A DNA stretch of 64,000 nucleotides from the human T2T-CHM13v2.0 reference genome, Homo sapiens. Shown here one piece after another: positions 1 through 13,700 of the stretch; the stretch's first letter is position 1, and every line of letters starts with the position of its first letter. The position numbers and the translations under genes were made by a program. The notes below the pieces were generated by a model that saw only the letters and a program-made list of their open reading frames with translations, made no database searches and had not been told where the DNA came from. Location of the stretch: the NCBI RefSeq assembly GCF_009914755.1, contig NC_060939.1; one strand, given 5' to 3'.

Positions 1-3000
1 ATGGAATGGAATGGAATGGAATGCAATGGAATGGAATAAATCTGGGTGGAGTGGAATGGAATGAAACGGAGTGGAATGTAATGAAATTTAGTGGAATGGA
101 ATGGAATGGAATGGAATGGAATGAAATGGATTGGATCGGAATGGAATCCAATGGAATCAACTGGAAAGGAATGGAATGGAATGGAATGGAATAAATCTGG
201 GTGGAGTGGAATGGAATGTAATGGAGTGGAATGGAATGGAATTTAGTGGAATGGAATGGAATAGAATGGAATGGAATGGAATGGAATGAAATGGATTGGA
301 TCGGAATGGAATCCAATGGAATCAACTGGAATGGAATGGAATGGAATAAATCCGGGTGGAGTGGAATGGAACGGAATTTAGTGGAATGGAATGGAAAGGA
401 ATGGAATGAAATGGAATGGAATGGAATGGAATGGAATCAACCCGAGTGGGATGGCATGCAATGGAATTGAATGGAAGGGAATGGAATGGACTGTAATGGA
501 ATGGAATGGAAGGGAATCAAACCAAGTGCAATGGAATGGAATGGAATGCAATAGAATCCACCCGAGTGGAATGGAATGGAATGGAATGGAATGGAATGGA
601 ATGGAATGAATGTAATGGAATGGGGTGGAATCAACACGAGAGGAATGGAATGGAATGGAATGGAAAGGAACGGAATGGAAAGGAATGGAATGGAATGATC
701 CCGAATGGAATGGAATGGATTGGAATGGCATGGAATGGAATCATCCCGAGCGGAAAGGAACGGAATGGAATGGAGTGGAATGGAATGGAATGGAATGGAA
801 TGGAATGGAATGGAATCAACACGAATGGAATGGAACGGAATGGAATGGAATGGGATGGGATGGAATGGAATGGAAGTTAATCAACACGAATGGAATGGAA
901 AGGAATGGAATGGAATGGAATGGAATGGAATGGAATGAACCCGAATGCAATGGAATGGATTGGAATTAAACGGAATGGAATCAACCCGAGCGGAAAGGAA
1001 TGGAATGGAATGGAATGGAATGGAATGAAAAGGTTTGGATCGGAATGGAATCCAATGGAATGGAATGGAATGGAATGGAATAAATCCGGGTGGAGTGGAA
1101 TGGAATGCAATGGAGTGGAATGTAACGGAATTTAGTGGAATGGAATGGAATGGAATGAAATGGATTCGATCGGAATGGAATCCAATGGAATCAACTGGAA
1201 TGGAATGGAATGGAATGGAATGGAATAAATCCGGGTGGAGTGGAATGGAATGTAATGGAGTGGAATGGAATGGAATTTAATGGAATGGAATGGAATGGAA
1301 TGGAATGGAATGGAATGGAATGGAATGAAATGGATTGGATCAGAATATAATCCAATGGGTTAAACTGGAATGGAATGGAATGGAATGGAATGGAATGGAA
1401 TGCAGTGGATCGGAATGGAATCAAATGGAATCAACTGGAATGGAATGGAATGGAATGGAATGGAATGGAATAAATCCGGGTGGAGTGGAATGGAATGTAA
1501 TGGAGTGGAATGTAACGGAATTTAGTGGAATGGAATGGAATAGAATGCAATGGAATGGAATGAAATGGATTGGATCGGAATGGAATCCAATGGAATCAAC
1601 TGGAATGGAATGGAATGGAATGGAATGGAATGGAATGGAATGGAATGGAATGGAATGGAATAAATCCGGGTGGAGTGGAATGTAATATAATGCAGTGGAA
1701 TGTAATGGAATTTAGTGGAATGGAATGGAATGGAATGGAATGGAATGAAATGGGAATGAAATGGATTGGATCGGAATATAATCCAATGGAATAAACTGGA
1801 ATGGAATGGAATGGAATGAAATAAAATGGATTGGATTGGAATGGAATCCAATGGAATCAACTGGAATGGAATGGAATGGAATGGAATGGAATACTTCCGG
1901 GTGGAGTGAAATGGAATGTAATGGAGTGGAATGGAATGGAATTTAGTGGAATGGAATGGAATGGAATGGAATTAAACCGAGTGGAATGGAACGGAATGGA
2001 ATGGAAAGGAATGGAATGGAATGGAATGGAATGGAATGGAATGGAATGGAATCAACCCAAATGGGATGGCATGGAATGGAATTGAATGCAATGGAATGGA
2101 ATGGAATGGAATGGAATGCAATGGAATCCACCCGATTGGAATGGAATGGAATGGAATGGAATGGAATGGAATGGAATGGAGTGGAATGGAATAAACAGCA
2201 GAGGAATGAAATGGATTGGAATGAAATGGAATGGAATGGAATGGAATGGAATGGAATGGAATGAAATCAAACCGAGTGGAATGGAACGGAATGGAATGGA
2301 ATGGAAAAGAATGAATGGAAGGGAATGGTGTGGAATCAACACGAGAGGAATGGAATGGAATGGAATGGAACGGAACGGAATGGAAAGGAATGGAATGGAA
2401 TGAACCCGAATAGAATGGAATGGATTGGAATGGAATGGAATTGAATCAACCTGAGAGGAAAGGAAAGGAATGGAATGGAGAGGAATGGAATGTAATGGAT
2501 TGGAATGCAATGGAATGGAATCAACACGAATGGAATGGAACGGAATGGAATGGGATGGGATGGAATGGAATGGAGTGGAAGTTAATCAACACGAATGGAA
2601 TGGAACGGAATGGAATGGAATGGAATGGAATGGAATGGAATGAAAGGGAAAGGAACAGAATGGAATCAACAGGAGTGGAATGGAATGGAACAGAATGGAA
2701 TCAACCCGAGTGGAATGAAATGGAATGTAATGCAATGAGATGGAGTGGAATCAACCCGAGTGGAATGGAATCGAATGGATTGGAATGGAATGGAATGGAA
2801 TGAAATGGAATGGATCGGAATGGAATCCAATGGAATCACCTGGAATGGAATGGAATGGAATGGAATGGAATGGAATGGAATGGAATGGAATAAATCCGGG
2901 TGGAGTGGAATGGAATGTAATGGAGTGCAATGTTACGGAATTTAGTGGAATGGAATGGAATGGAATGGAATGGAATGGAATGGAATGGAATCTAATGGAA

Positions 3001-4274
3001 TGAAATGGATTGGATTGGAATGGAATCCAATGGAATCAACTGGAATGGAATGGAATGGAATAAATCCGGTTGGAGTGGAATGGAATGTAATGGAGTGGAA
3101 TGGAATGGAATTTAGTGTAATGGAATGGAATGGAATGGAATGGAATGGAATGGAATGGAAAGGAATGGAATGAAATGGAATGGAATCAACCCGAATGGAA
3201 TGGAACGGAATGGAATGGAAAGGAATGGAATGGAATGGAATGGAATGGAATGGAATAGAATGGAATGGAATGGAATGGAATGGAATCAACCCAAGTGCAA
3301 TGGAATGCAATAGAATGCAATGGAATCCACCCGAGTGGAATGGAATGGAATGGAATGGAATATAATGCAATGGAATAGAATGGAATGGAATGGAATGGAA
3401 TGGAATGGAGTGGAATGGAACTGAATGGAGTGGAATGGAATAAACACCAGGAGAATGAAATGGATTGTAATGAAATGGAATGGAATGGAATGGAATGGAA
3501 TGAAATCAACCCGAGTGGAATGGAACGGAATGGAATGGAATGGAAAGGAATGAATGGAAGGGAATGGTTTGGAATCAACACGAGAGGAATGGAATGGAAT
3601 GGAATGGAAAGGAACAGAATGGAAAGGAATGGAATGGAATGAACCCGAATGGAATGGAATGGATTGGAATGGAATGGAATGGAATCGACCCGAGCATAAA
3701 GGAATGGAACGGAATGGAGTGGAATGGAATGGAATGGAATGGAATGGAATGGAATGGAATGGAATGGAATCAACACGAATGGAATGGAGCGGAATGAAAT
3801 GGGATGGGATGGAATGGAATGGAATGGAATGGAATGGAATGGAATGGAATCAACATGAATGGAATGGAACGTAATGGAATGGAATGGAATGGAAAATAAT
3901 GGAATGGAATGAACCCGAATGGAATGGAATGGATTGGAATGGAATGGAATGGAATCAACCCGAGCGGAAAGGAATGGAATGGCATGGAGTGGAATGGAAT
4001 GTAATGTAATGGAATGGAATGGAATGGAATCAACACGAATGGAATGGAACGGAATGGAATGGGATGGGATGTAATGGAATGGAATGGAAGTTAATCAACA
4101 CGAATGGAATGCAACGGAATGGAATGGAATGGAATGGAGTGGAATGAACCCGAATGGAATGGAATGGATTGGAATGGAATGGAATTGAATCAACCCTAGT
4201 GGAAAGGAATGGAATGGAATGGAGTGGAATGTAATGTAATGTAATGGAATGGAATGGAATGGAATGGAATCAAC

Positions 4275-7200
4275 ACGAATGGAATGGAACGGAATGGAAT
4301 GGGATGGGATGGAATGGAATGGAATGGAAGTTAATCAACATGAATGGAATGGAATGTAATGGAATGGAACGGAACGGAATGGAATGGAATGGAATGGAAT
4401 GGAATGGAATGGAATGAAATGGAAAGGAACGGAATGGAATCAACATGAGTGGAATGGAATGGATAGGAATGGAATCAACCCGAGTGGAATGAAATGGAAT
4501 GTAATGCAATGGGATGGAGTGGAATCAACCCGAGTGGAATGGAATGGAATGGAATGGAACGAAATGGAATGGATCGGAATGGAATCCAATGGAATCAACT
4601 GGAATGGAATGGAATGGAATGGAATGGAATAAACCCGGGTGGAGTGGAATGGAATGTAACGGAGTGGAATGTAATGGAATTTAGTGGAATGGAATGGAAT
4701 GGAATGGAATGAAATGGATTGGATCGGAATGGAATCCAATGGAATCAACTGGAATGGAATGGAATGGAATGGAATAAATCCGGGTGGAGTGGAATGGAAT
4801 GTAATGGAGTGGAATGGAATGGATTTTACTGGAATGGAATGGAATGGAATGGAATGCAATGGAATGGAATGGAATGGAATGGAATGGAATGGAATGGAAT
4901 GGAATCAACCCGAATGGAATGGAACGGAAAGGAATGGAAAGGAATGGAATGGAATGGAATGGAATGGAATGGAATGGTATAAATCCAGGTGGAGTTGACT
5001 GTAATGTAATGCCGTGGAATGGAATGGAATTCAGTGGAATGGAATGGATTGGAATGGATTGGAATGTAATGTAATGGAATGGAATGGAATGGAATGGAAT
5101 GGAATGGAATGGAATGAAAGGGATAGGATCGGAATGGAATCCAATGGAATCAACTGGAATGGAATGGAATTGAATAAATCCGGGTGGAGTGGAATGGAAT
5201 GTAGTGGAGTGGAATAGAATGGAATTTAGTGGAATGGAATGGAAAGGAATGGAATGGAATGGAATGGAATGGAATGGAATGGAATGGAATGGAATGGAAT
5301 CAGCCCGAATGGGATGGCATGGAATGGAATTCAATGGAATGGAATGGAATGGACTGTAATGGAATGGAACGGAATGGAATCAACCCAAGTGCAATGGAAT
5401 GGAATGGAATGCAATGGAATCCACCCAAGTGGAATGGAATGGAATGGAATGGAACGGAATGGAATGGAATGGAGTGGAATGGGACGGAATGGAGTGGAAT
5501 TGAATAAACACAAGGGGAATGAAATGGATTGGAAAGAAATGGAATGGAATGGAATGGAATGAAATCAACCCGAGTGGAATGTAACGGAATGGAATGGAAT
5601 GGAAAGGAATGAATGTAATGGAATGGGGTGGAATCAACACGAGAGGAATGGAATGGAATGGAACGGAATGGAATGGAATAAATCCGGGTGGAGTGGAATG
5701 GAATGTAATGGAGTGGAATGGAAAGGAATTTAGTGGAATGGAATGGAATGGAATGGAATGGAATGGAATGGAATGGAATCAACCTGAATGGGTTGGCATG
5801 GAATGGAATGGAATGGAGTGGAATGTAATGTAATGGAATGGAATGGAATGGAATGGAATCAACACGAATGGAATGGAACGGAATGGAATGGGATGGGATG
5901 GAATGAAATGTCATGGAAGTTAATCAAGACGAATGGAATGCAACGGAATGGAATGGAACGGAATGGAATGGAATGGAATGAACCCGAATGGAATGGAATG
6001 GATTGGAATGGAATGGAATGGAATCAACCCGAGCGGAAAGGAATGGAATGGAATGGAGTGGAATGTAATGTAATGGAATAGAATTGAATGGAATGGAATC
6101 AACAGGAATGGTATGGAACGGGATGGAATGGGATGAGATGGAATGGATGTTAATCAACACGAATGGAATGGAACGGAATGGAATGGAATGGAATGGAATG
6201 CAATGGAATGGAATGGAATGAAATGGAATTGATCGGAATGGAATACAATGGAATCAACTGGAATGTAATGTAATGGAATGGAATGGAAAGGAATAAATCC
6301 GGGTGGAGTGGAATGGAATGTAACGGAGTGGAATGTAAAGGAATTTAGAGGAATGGAATGGAATGGAATGGAATGGAATGGAATGAAATGGGTTGGATAG
6401 GAATGGAATTCAATGGAATCAACTGGAATGGAATGGAATGGAATGGAATGGAATAAATCCGGGTGGAGTGGAATGGAATGTAATGGAGTGGAATGGAATG
6501 GAATTTAGTGGAATGGAAAGTAATGTACTGGAATATAATGGAATGGAATGGAATCAACCCGAGTGGAAAGGAACGGAATGGAATGGAAAGGAATGGAATG
6601 GAATGGAATGGAATGGAATGGAATCAACCCGAATGGAATGGAACGGAAAGGAATGGAAAGGAATGGAATGGAATGGAATGGAATGGAATGGAATGGAAAG
6701 GAATGGAATGGAATGGAATGCAATCAACCCGAATGGGATGGCATGGAATGGAACTGAATGGAATAGAATGGAATGGAATGGAATGGAATGGAATGGAATG
6801 GAATGGAATCAACCCAAGTGCAATGGAATGGAATGGAATGCAATGGAATCCACCTGAGTGGAATGGAATGGAATGGAATGGAATGGAATGGAATGGAGTG
6901 GAATGGAACGGAATGGAGTGGAATGCAAGAAACACCAGGGGAATAAAATGGATTGGAATGAAATGGAATGGAATGGAATGGAATGGAATAAAATCAACCC
7001 AAGTGGAATGGAACGGAATGGAATGGAATGGAAAGGAATGAATGGTATGGAATGGTGTGGAATCAACACGAGAGGAATGGAATGGAATGGAATGGAACGG
7101 AACGGAATGGAAAGGAATGGAATGGAATGAACCCTAATGGATTGGAATGGATTGGAATGGAATGGAATGGAATCAACCCGAGCGGAAAGGAATGGAATGG

Positions 7201-10200
7201 AATGGAGTGGAATGTAATGTAATGGAATGGAATGGAATGGAATGGAATCAACACAAATGGAATGGTACGGAATGGAATGGGATGGGATGGAATGGTATGG
7301 AATGGAAGTTAATCAACAAGAATGGAATGGAACGGAATGGAATGGAATGGAATGGAAACGAATGCAATGCAATGGAATGCAATGGAATGGAATGGAATGG
7401 AATGGAATGAAATGGAATGGAATGGAATGGAATCAAAACGAATGGAATGGACTGCAATTGAATGGAATAAATCTGGGTGCATTGGAATGGAATGTAACGG
7501 AGTGGAATGTAATGGAATTCAGTGGAATGGCATGGAATGGAATGGAATGGAATGGAATGGAATGGATTGGATCGGATTGGAATCCAATGGAAGCAACTGG
7601 AATGGAATGGAATGGAATGGAATGGTATAAATCCGGGTGGAGTAGACTGTAATGTAATGGAGTGGAGTGGAGTGGAATTCAGTGGAATGGAATAGATTGG
7701 AATGGATTGGAATATAATGGAATGGAATGGAATGGAATGGAATGCAATGAAAGGGATTGGATCGGAATGGAATCCAATGGAATCAACTGGAATGGAATGG
7801 AATGGAATACATCCGGGTGGAGTGGAATGGAATGTAATGGAGTGGAATGGAATGGAATTTAGTGGAATGGAATGGAATGGAATGGAATGGAATGGAACGG
7901 AATGGAATGGAATGGAATCAACCCGAGTGGAATGGAATGGATTGGAATGGAAAGGAATGGAATTGAATGGAATGCAATGGAATGGAATCAACCCGAATGG
8001 GATGGCATGGAATGGAAAGGAATGGAATGGAATGGAATGGAATGGAATCAAAACGAATGGAATGGAACGGAATGGAATGGGATGGGATGGAATGGAATGG
8101 AATGGAAGTAAATCAACACTAATGGAATGGAACGGAATGGAATGGAATGGAATGGAATGAACCCGAATAGAATGGAATGGATTCGAATGGAATGGAATTG
8201 AATCAACCCGAGCGGAAAGGAATGGAATGGAATGTAGTGGAATGGAATGTAATGGAATGGAATGGAACGGAATGGAATCAACACGAGTGGAATGGAATGG
8301 AACGGAATGGAATCAACCCGAGTGGAATGAAATGGAACGTAATGCAATGGGATGGAGTGGAATCAACCTGAGTGGAATGGAATGGAATGGCATGGAATGG
8401 AACGGAATGAAAGGGAATGAAATGGAATGGATCGGAATAGAATCCAATGGAATCACCTGGAATGGAATGGAATGGAATGGAATGGAATGGACTCGAATGC
8501 AATGGAATGGAATAAATCCGGGTGGAGTGGAAAGGAATATAATGGAGTGGAATGTAATGGAATTTAGAGGAATGGAATGGAGTGGAATGGAATGGAATGG
8601 AATGGAAAGTAATGGAATGAAATGGATTGGATAGGAATGGAATCCAATGGAATCAACTGGAATGGAATCAATGGAATGGAATGGAATAAATCCGGGTGGA
8701 GTGGAATGGAATGTAATGGAGTGGAATGGAATGGAATTTAGTGGAATGGAATGGAATGGAATGGAATGAAATGGAATGGAATCAACCCGAGTGGAATGGA
8801 ATGGAATGGAATGGAAAGGAATGGAATGGAATGGAATGGAATGGAATGGAATGGAATCAACCCCAGTGGAATGGAACAGAATGGAATGGAAATGAATAGA
8901 ATGGAATTGAATTGAATGGAATGGAATGGAATCAACCCGAATGGGATGGCATGGAATGGAATGGAATGGAATGGAATGGATTGGAAAGGAATGGAATGTA
9001 GTCAACCCAAGTGCAATGGAATGGAATGGAATGCAATGGAATCCACACGAGTGGAATGGAATGGAATAGAATGGAATGGAATGGAATGGAATGGAATGGA
9101 ATGGAATGGAATGGAATGGAATAAATCCGGGTGGAGTGGAATGAAATGTAATGGAGTGGAATGGAATGGAATTTAGTGGAATGGAACAGAATGGAATGGA
9201 ATGGAATGGAATGGAATGGAATGGAATGGATTGGAATGAAATGGATTGGATCGGAATGGAATCCAATGGAATCAACTGGAATGGAAAGGAATGGAATGGA
9301 ATGCAATAAATCCGGGTGGAGTGGAATGGAATGTAATGGAGTGGAATGGAATGGAATTTAGTGGAATAGAATGGAATGGAATGGAAAGAAATGGATTGGA
9401 TCGGAATGGAAGCCAATGGAATCAACTGGAATGGAATGGAATGGAATGGAATGGAATGGAATGGAATGGAATAAATCCGGGTGGAGTGGAATGGAAAGTA
9501 ATGGAGTGGAATGTAATGGAATTTAGTGGAATGGAATTGAATGGAATGGAATGGAATGGAATGGAATCAAACCGAATGGATTGGAACGGAATGGAATGGA
9601 ATGGAATGGAATGGAATCAACACGAATGGGATGGCATGGAATGGAATTGAGTGAAATGGAATGGAATGGAATGGAATGGAATGGAATGGAATGGAATGGA
9701 ATCAACCCGAATGGGATGGAATGTAATGGAATGGAATGGAATGGTATGGAATGGAATGGAATCATCCCAAGTGCAATGGAATGGAATAGAATGCAATGGA
9801 GCCACCCGAGTGGAATGGAATGGAATGGAGTAGAATGGAACGGAATGGAGTGGAATGGAATAAACACCAGGGGAATGAAATGGATTGGAATGAAATGGAA
9901 TGGAATGGAATGGAATGGAATGGAATGAAATCAACCTGAGTGGAATGGAACGGAATGGAATGGAATGGAAAGGAATGAATGGAAGGGAATGGTGTGGAAT
10001 CAACACGAGAGGAATGGAATGGAATGGAATGGAACGGAACGGAATGGAAAGGAATGGAATGGAATGAACCCGAATGGAATGGAATGGATTGGAATGGAAT
10101 GGAATTGAATCACCCCGAGCGGAAAGGAATGGAATGGAATGGAGTGGAATGGAATGAAATGGAAAGGAACAGAATGGAATCAACACGAGTGGAATGGAAT

Positions 10201-10729
10201 GGAACGGAATGGAAACAACCCGAGTGGAATGAAATGGAATATAATTCAAAGGGATGGACTGGAATCAACCCGAGTGGAATGGAATGGAATGGAATGGAAT
10301 GAAATGGAATGGATCGGAATGGAATCCAATGGAATCAACTGGAATGGAATGGAATGGAATGGAATGGAATGGAATAAATCCGGGTGGAGTGGAATGGAAT
10401 GCAATGGAGTGGAATGTAATGGAAATTAGTGGAATGGAATGGAATGGAATGGAATGGAATGGAATGGAATGGAAAGAAATGGATTGGATAGGAATGGAAC
10501 CCAATGGAATCAACTGGAATTGAATGGAATGGAGTAAATCCGGGTGTAGTGGAATGGAATGTAATGCAATGGAATGGAATGGAATTTAGTGGAATGGAAT
10601 GGAATGGAATGGAAAGGAATGGAATGGAATGGAATGGAATCAACCCGAGTGGAGTGGAACGGAATGCAATGGAAAGGAATGGAATGGAATGGAATGGAAT
10701 GGAATGGAATGGAATGGAATGGAATCAAC
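4275..10729 (+). repeat. 6.45 kb tandem duplication, copy 1 (6455 bp)
   Basis: ORF translations recur identically at +6455/+6460/+6450 (4270..4509 = 10725..10964; 5300..5914 = 11760..12374; 8313..9425 = 14763..15875). Rare markers also recur: GGATTTTACT 4821/11276 and CAGCCCGAAT 5301/11761. Confidence 0.96.
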
Positions 10730-13700
10730 ACGAATGGAATGGAACGGAATGGAATGGGATGGGATGGAATGGAATGGAATGGAAGTTAATCAACATGAAT
10801 GGAATGGAATGTAATGGAATGGAACGGAACGGAATGGAATGGAATGGAATGGAATGGAATGGAATGGAATGAAATGGAAAGGAACGGAATGGAATCAACA
10901 TGAGTGGAATGGAATGGATAGGAATGGAATCAACCCGAGTGGAATGAAATGGAATGTAATGCAATGGGATGGAGTGGAATCAACCCGAGTGGAATGGAAT
11001 GGAATGGAATGGAACGAAATGGAATGGATCGGAATGGAATCCAATGGAATCAACTGGAATGGAATGGAATGGAATGGAATGGAATAAACCCGGGTGGAGT
11101 GGAATGGAATGTAACGGAGTGGAATGTAATGGAATTTAGTGGAATGGAATGGAATGGAATGGAATGAAATGGATTGGATCGGAATGGAATCCAATGGAAT
11201 CAACTGGAATGGAATGGAATGGAATGGAATAAATCCGGGTGGAGTGGAATGGAATGTAATGGAGTGGAATGGAATGGATTTTACTGGAATGGAATGGAAT
11301 GGAATGGAATGCAATGGAATGGAATGGAATGGAATGGAATGGAATGGAATGGAATGGAATCAACCCGAATGGAATGGAACGGAAAGGAATGGAAAGGAAT
11401 GGAATGGAATGGAATGGAATGGAATGGAATGGTATAAATCCAGGTGGAGTTGACTGTAATGTAATGCCGTGGAATGGAATGGAATTCAGTGGAATGGAAT
11501 GGATTGGAATGGATTGGAATGTAATGTAATGGAATGGAATGGAATGGAATGGAATGGAATGGAATGGAATGAAAGGGATAGGATCGGAATGGAATCCAAT
11601 GGAATCAACTGGAATGGAATGGAATTGAATAAATCCGGGTGGAGTGGAATGGAATGTAGTGGAGTGGAATAGAATGGAATTTAGTGGAATGGAATGGAAA
11701 GGAATGGAATGGAATGGAATGGAATGGAATGGAATGGAATGGAATGGAATGGAATGGAATCAGCCCGAATGGGATGGCATGGAATGGAATTCAATGGAAT
11801 GGAATGGAATGGACTGTAATGGAATGGAACGGAATGGAATCAACCCAAGTGCAATGGAATGGAATGGAATGCAATGGAATCCACCCAAGTGGAATGGAAT
11901 GGAATGGAATGGAACGGAATGGAATGGAATGGAGTGGAATGGGACGGAATGGAGTGGAATTGAATAAACACAAGGGGAATGAAATGGATTGGAAAGAAAT
12001 GGAATGGAATGGAATGGAATGAAATCAACCCGAGTGGAATGTAACGGAATGGAATGGAATGGAAAGGAATGAATGTAATGGAATGGGGTGGAATCAACAC
12101 GAGAGGAATGGAATGGAATGGAACGGAATGGAATGGAATAAATCCGGGTGGAGTGGAATGGAATGTAATGGAGTGGAATGGAAAGGAATTTAGTGGAATG
12201 GAATGGAATGGAATGGAATGGAATGGAATGGAATGGAATCAACCTGAATGGGTTGGCATGGAATGGAATGGAATGGAGTGGAATGTAATGTAATGGAATG
12301 GAATGGAATGGAATGGAATCAACACGAATGGAATGGAACGGAATGGAATGGGATGGGATGGAATGAAATGTCATGGAAGTTAATCAAGACGAATGGAATG
12401 CAACGGAATGGAATGGAACGGAATGGAATGGAATGGAATGAACCCGAATGGAATGGAATGGATTGGAATGGAATGGAATGGAATCAACCCGAGCGGAAAG
12501 GAATGGAATGGAATGGAGTGGAATGTAATGTAATGGAATAGAATTGAATGGAATGGAATCAACAGGAATGGTATGGAACGGGATGGAATGGGATGAGATG
12601 GAATGGATGTTAATCAACACGAATGGAATGGAACGGAATGGAATGGAATGGAATGGAATGCAATGGAATGGAATGGAATGAAATGGAATTGATCGGAATG
12701 GAATACAATGGAATCAACTGGAATGTAATGTAATGGAATGGAATGGAAAGGAATAAATCCGGGTGGAGTGGAATGGAATGTAACGGAGTGGAATGTAAAG
12801 GAATTTAGAGGAATGGAATGGAATGGAATGGAATGGAATGGAATGAAATGGGTTGGATAGGAATGGAATTCAATGGAATCAACTGGAATGGAATGGAATG
12901 GAATGGAATGGAATAAATCCGGGTGGAGTGGAATGGAATGTAATGGAGTGGAATGGAATGGAATTTAGTGGAATGGAAAGTAATGTACTGGAATATAATG
13001 GAATGGAATGGAATCAACCCGAGTGGAAAGGAACGGAATGGAATGGAAAGGAATGGAATGGAATGGAATGGAATGGAATGGAATCAACCCGAATGGAATG
13101 GAACGGAAAGGAATGGAAAGGAATGGAATGGAATGGAATGGAATGGAATGGAATGGAAAGGAATGGAATGGAATGGAATGCAATCAACCCGAATGGGATG
13201 GCATGGAATGGAACTGAATGGAATAGAATGGAATGGAATGGAATGGAATGGAATGGAATCAACCCAAGTGCAATGGAATGGAATGGAATGCAATGGAATC
13301 CACCTGAGTGGAATGGAATGGAATGGAATGGAATGGAATGGAATGGAGTGGAATGGAACGGAATGGAGTGGAATGCAAGAAACACCAGGGGAATAAAATG
13401 GATTGGAATGAAATGGAATGGAATGGAATGGAATGGAATAAAATCAACCCAAGTGGAATGGAACGGAATGGAATGGAATGGAAAGGAATGAATGGTATGG
13501 AATGGTGTGGAATCAACACGAGAGGAATGGAATGGAATGGAATGGAACGGAACGGAATGGAAAGGAATGGAATGGAATGAACCCTAATGGATTGGAATGG
13601 ATTGGAATGGAATGGAATGGAATCAACCCGAGCGGAAAGGAATGGAATGGAATGGAGTGGAATGTAATGTAATGGAATGGAATGGAATGGAATGGAATCA

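Noticed and set aside
34-40. Recurrent AATAAA as polyadenylation signals
   Set aside because: It is an intrinsic part of the GGAATAAATCC and GGAATAAACACC words in nearly every cycle, and there is no evidence of use from sequence alone.
873-883. GAAGTTAATCA / GAATTTAATCA / GAATTGAATCA resembling DUX4 sites
   Set aside because: They lack the TAA start of the DUX4 consensus. DUX4 binding is established for HSATII rather than this family, so it is unsupported without ChIP data.
4976-4990. TATAAA in GGTATAAATCC (also 7624, 11431, 14074) as a TATA box
   Set aside because: It is a small variant of the GGAATAAATCC word, multiplied by duplication, with no promoter context.
8313-9425. Longest ORF (370 aa, - strand, poly-FHSIP) and its copy at 14763-15875
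   Set aside because: ATTCC repeats rarely mutate to stops, so long minus-strand ORFs are expected. Its recurrence reflects the 6.45 kb DNA duplication, not coding conservation.
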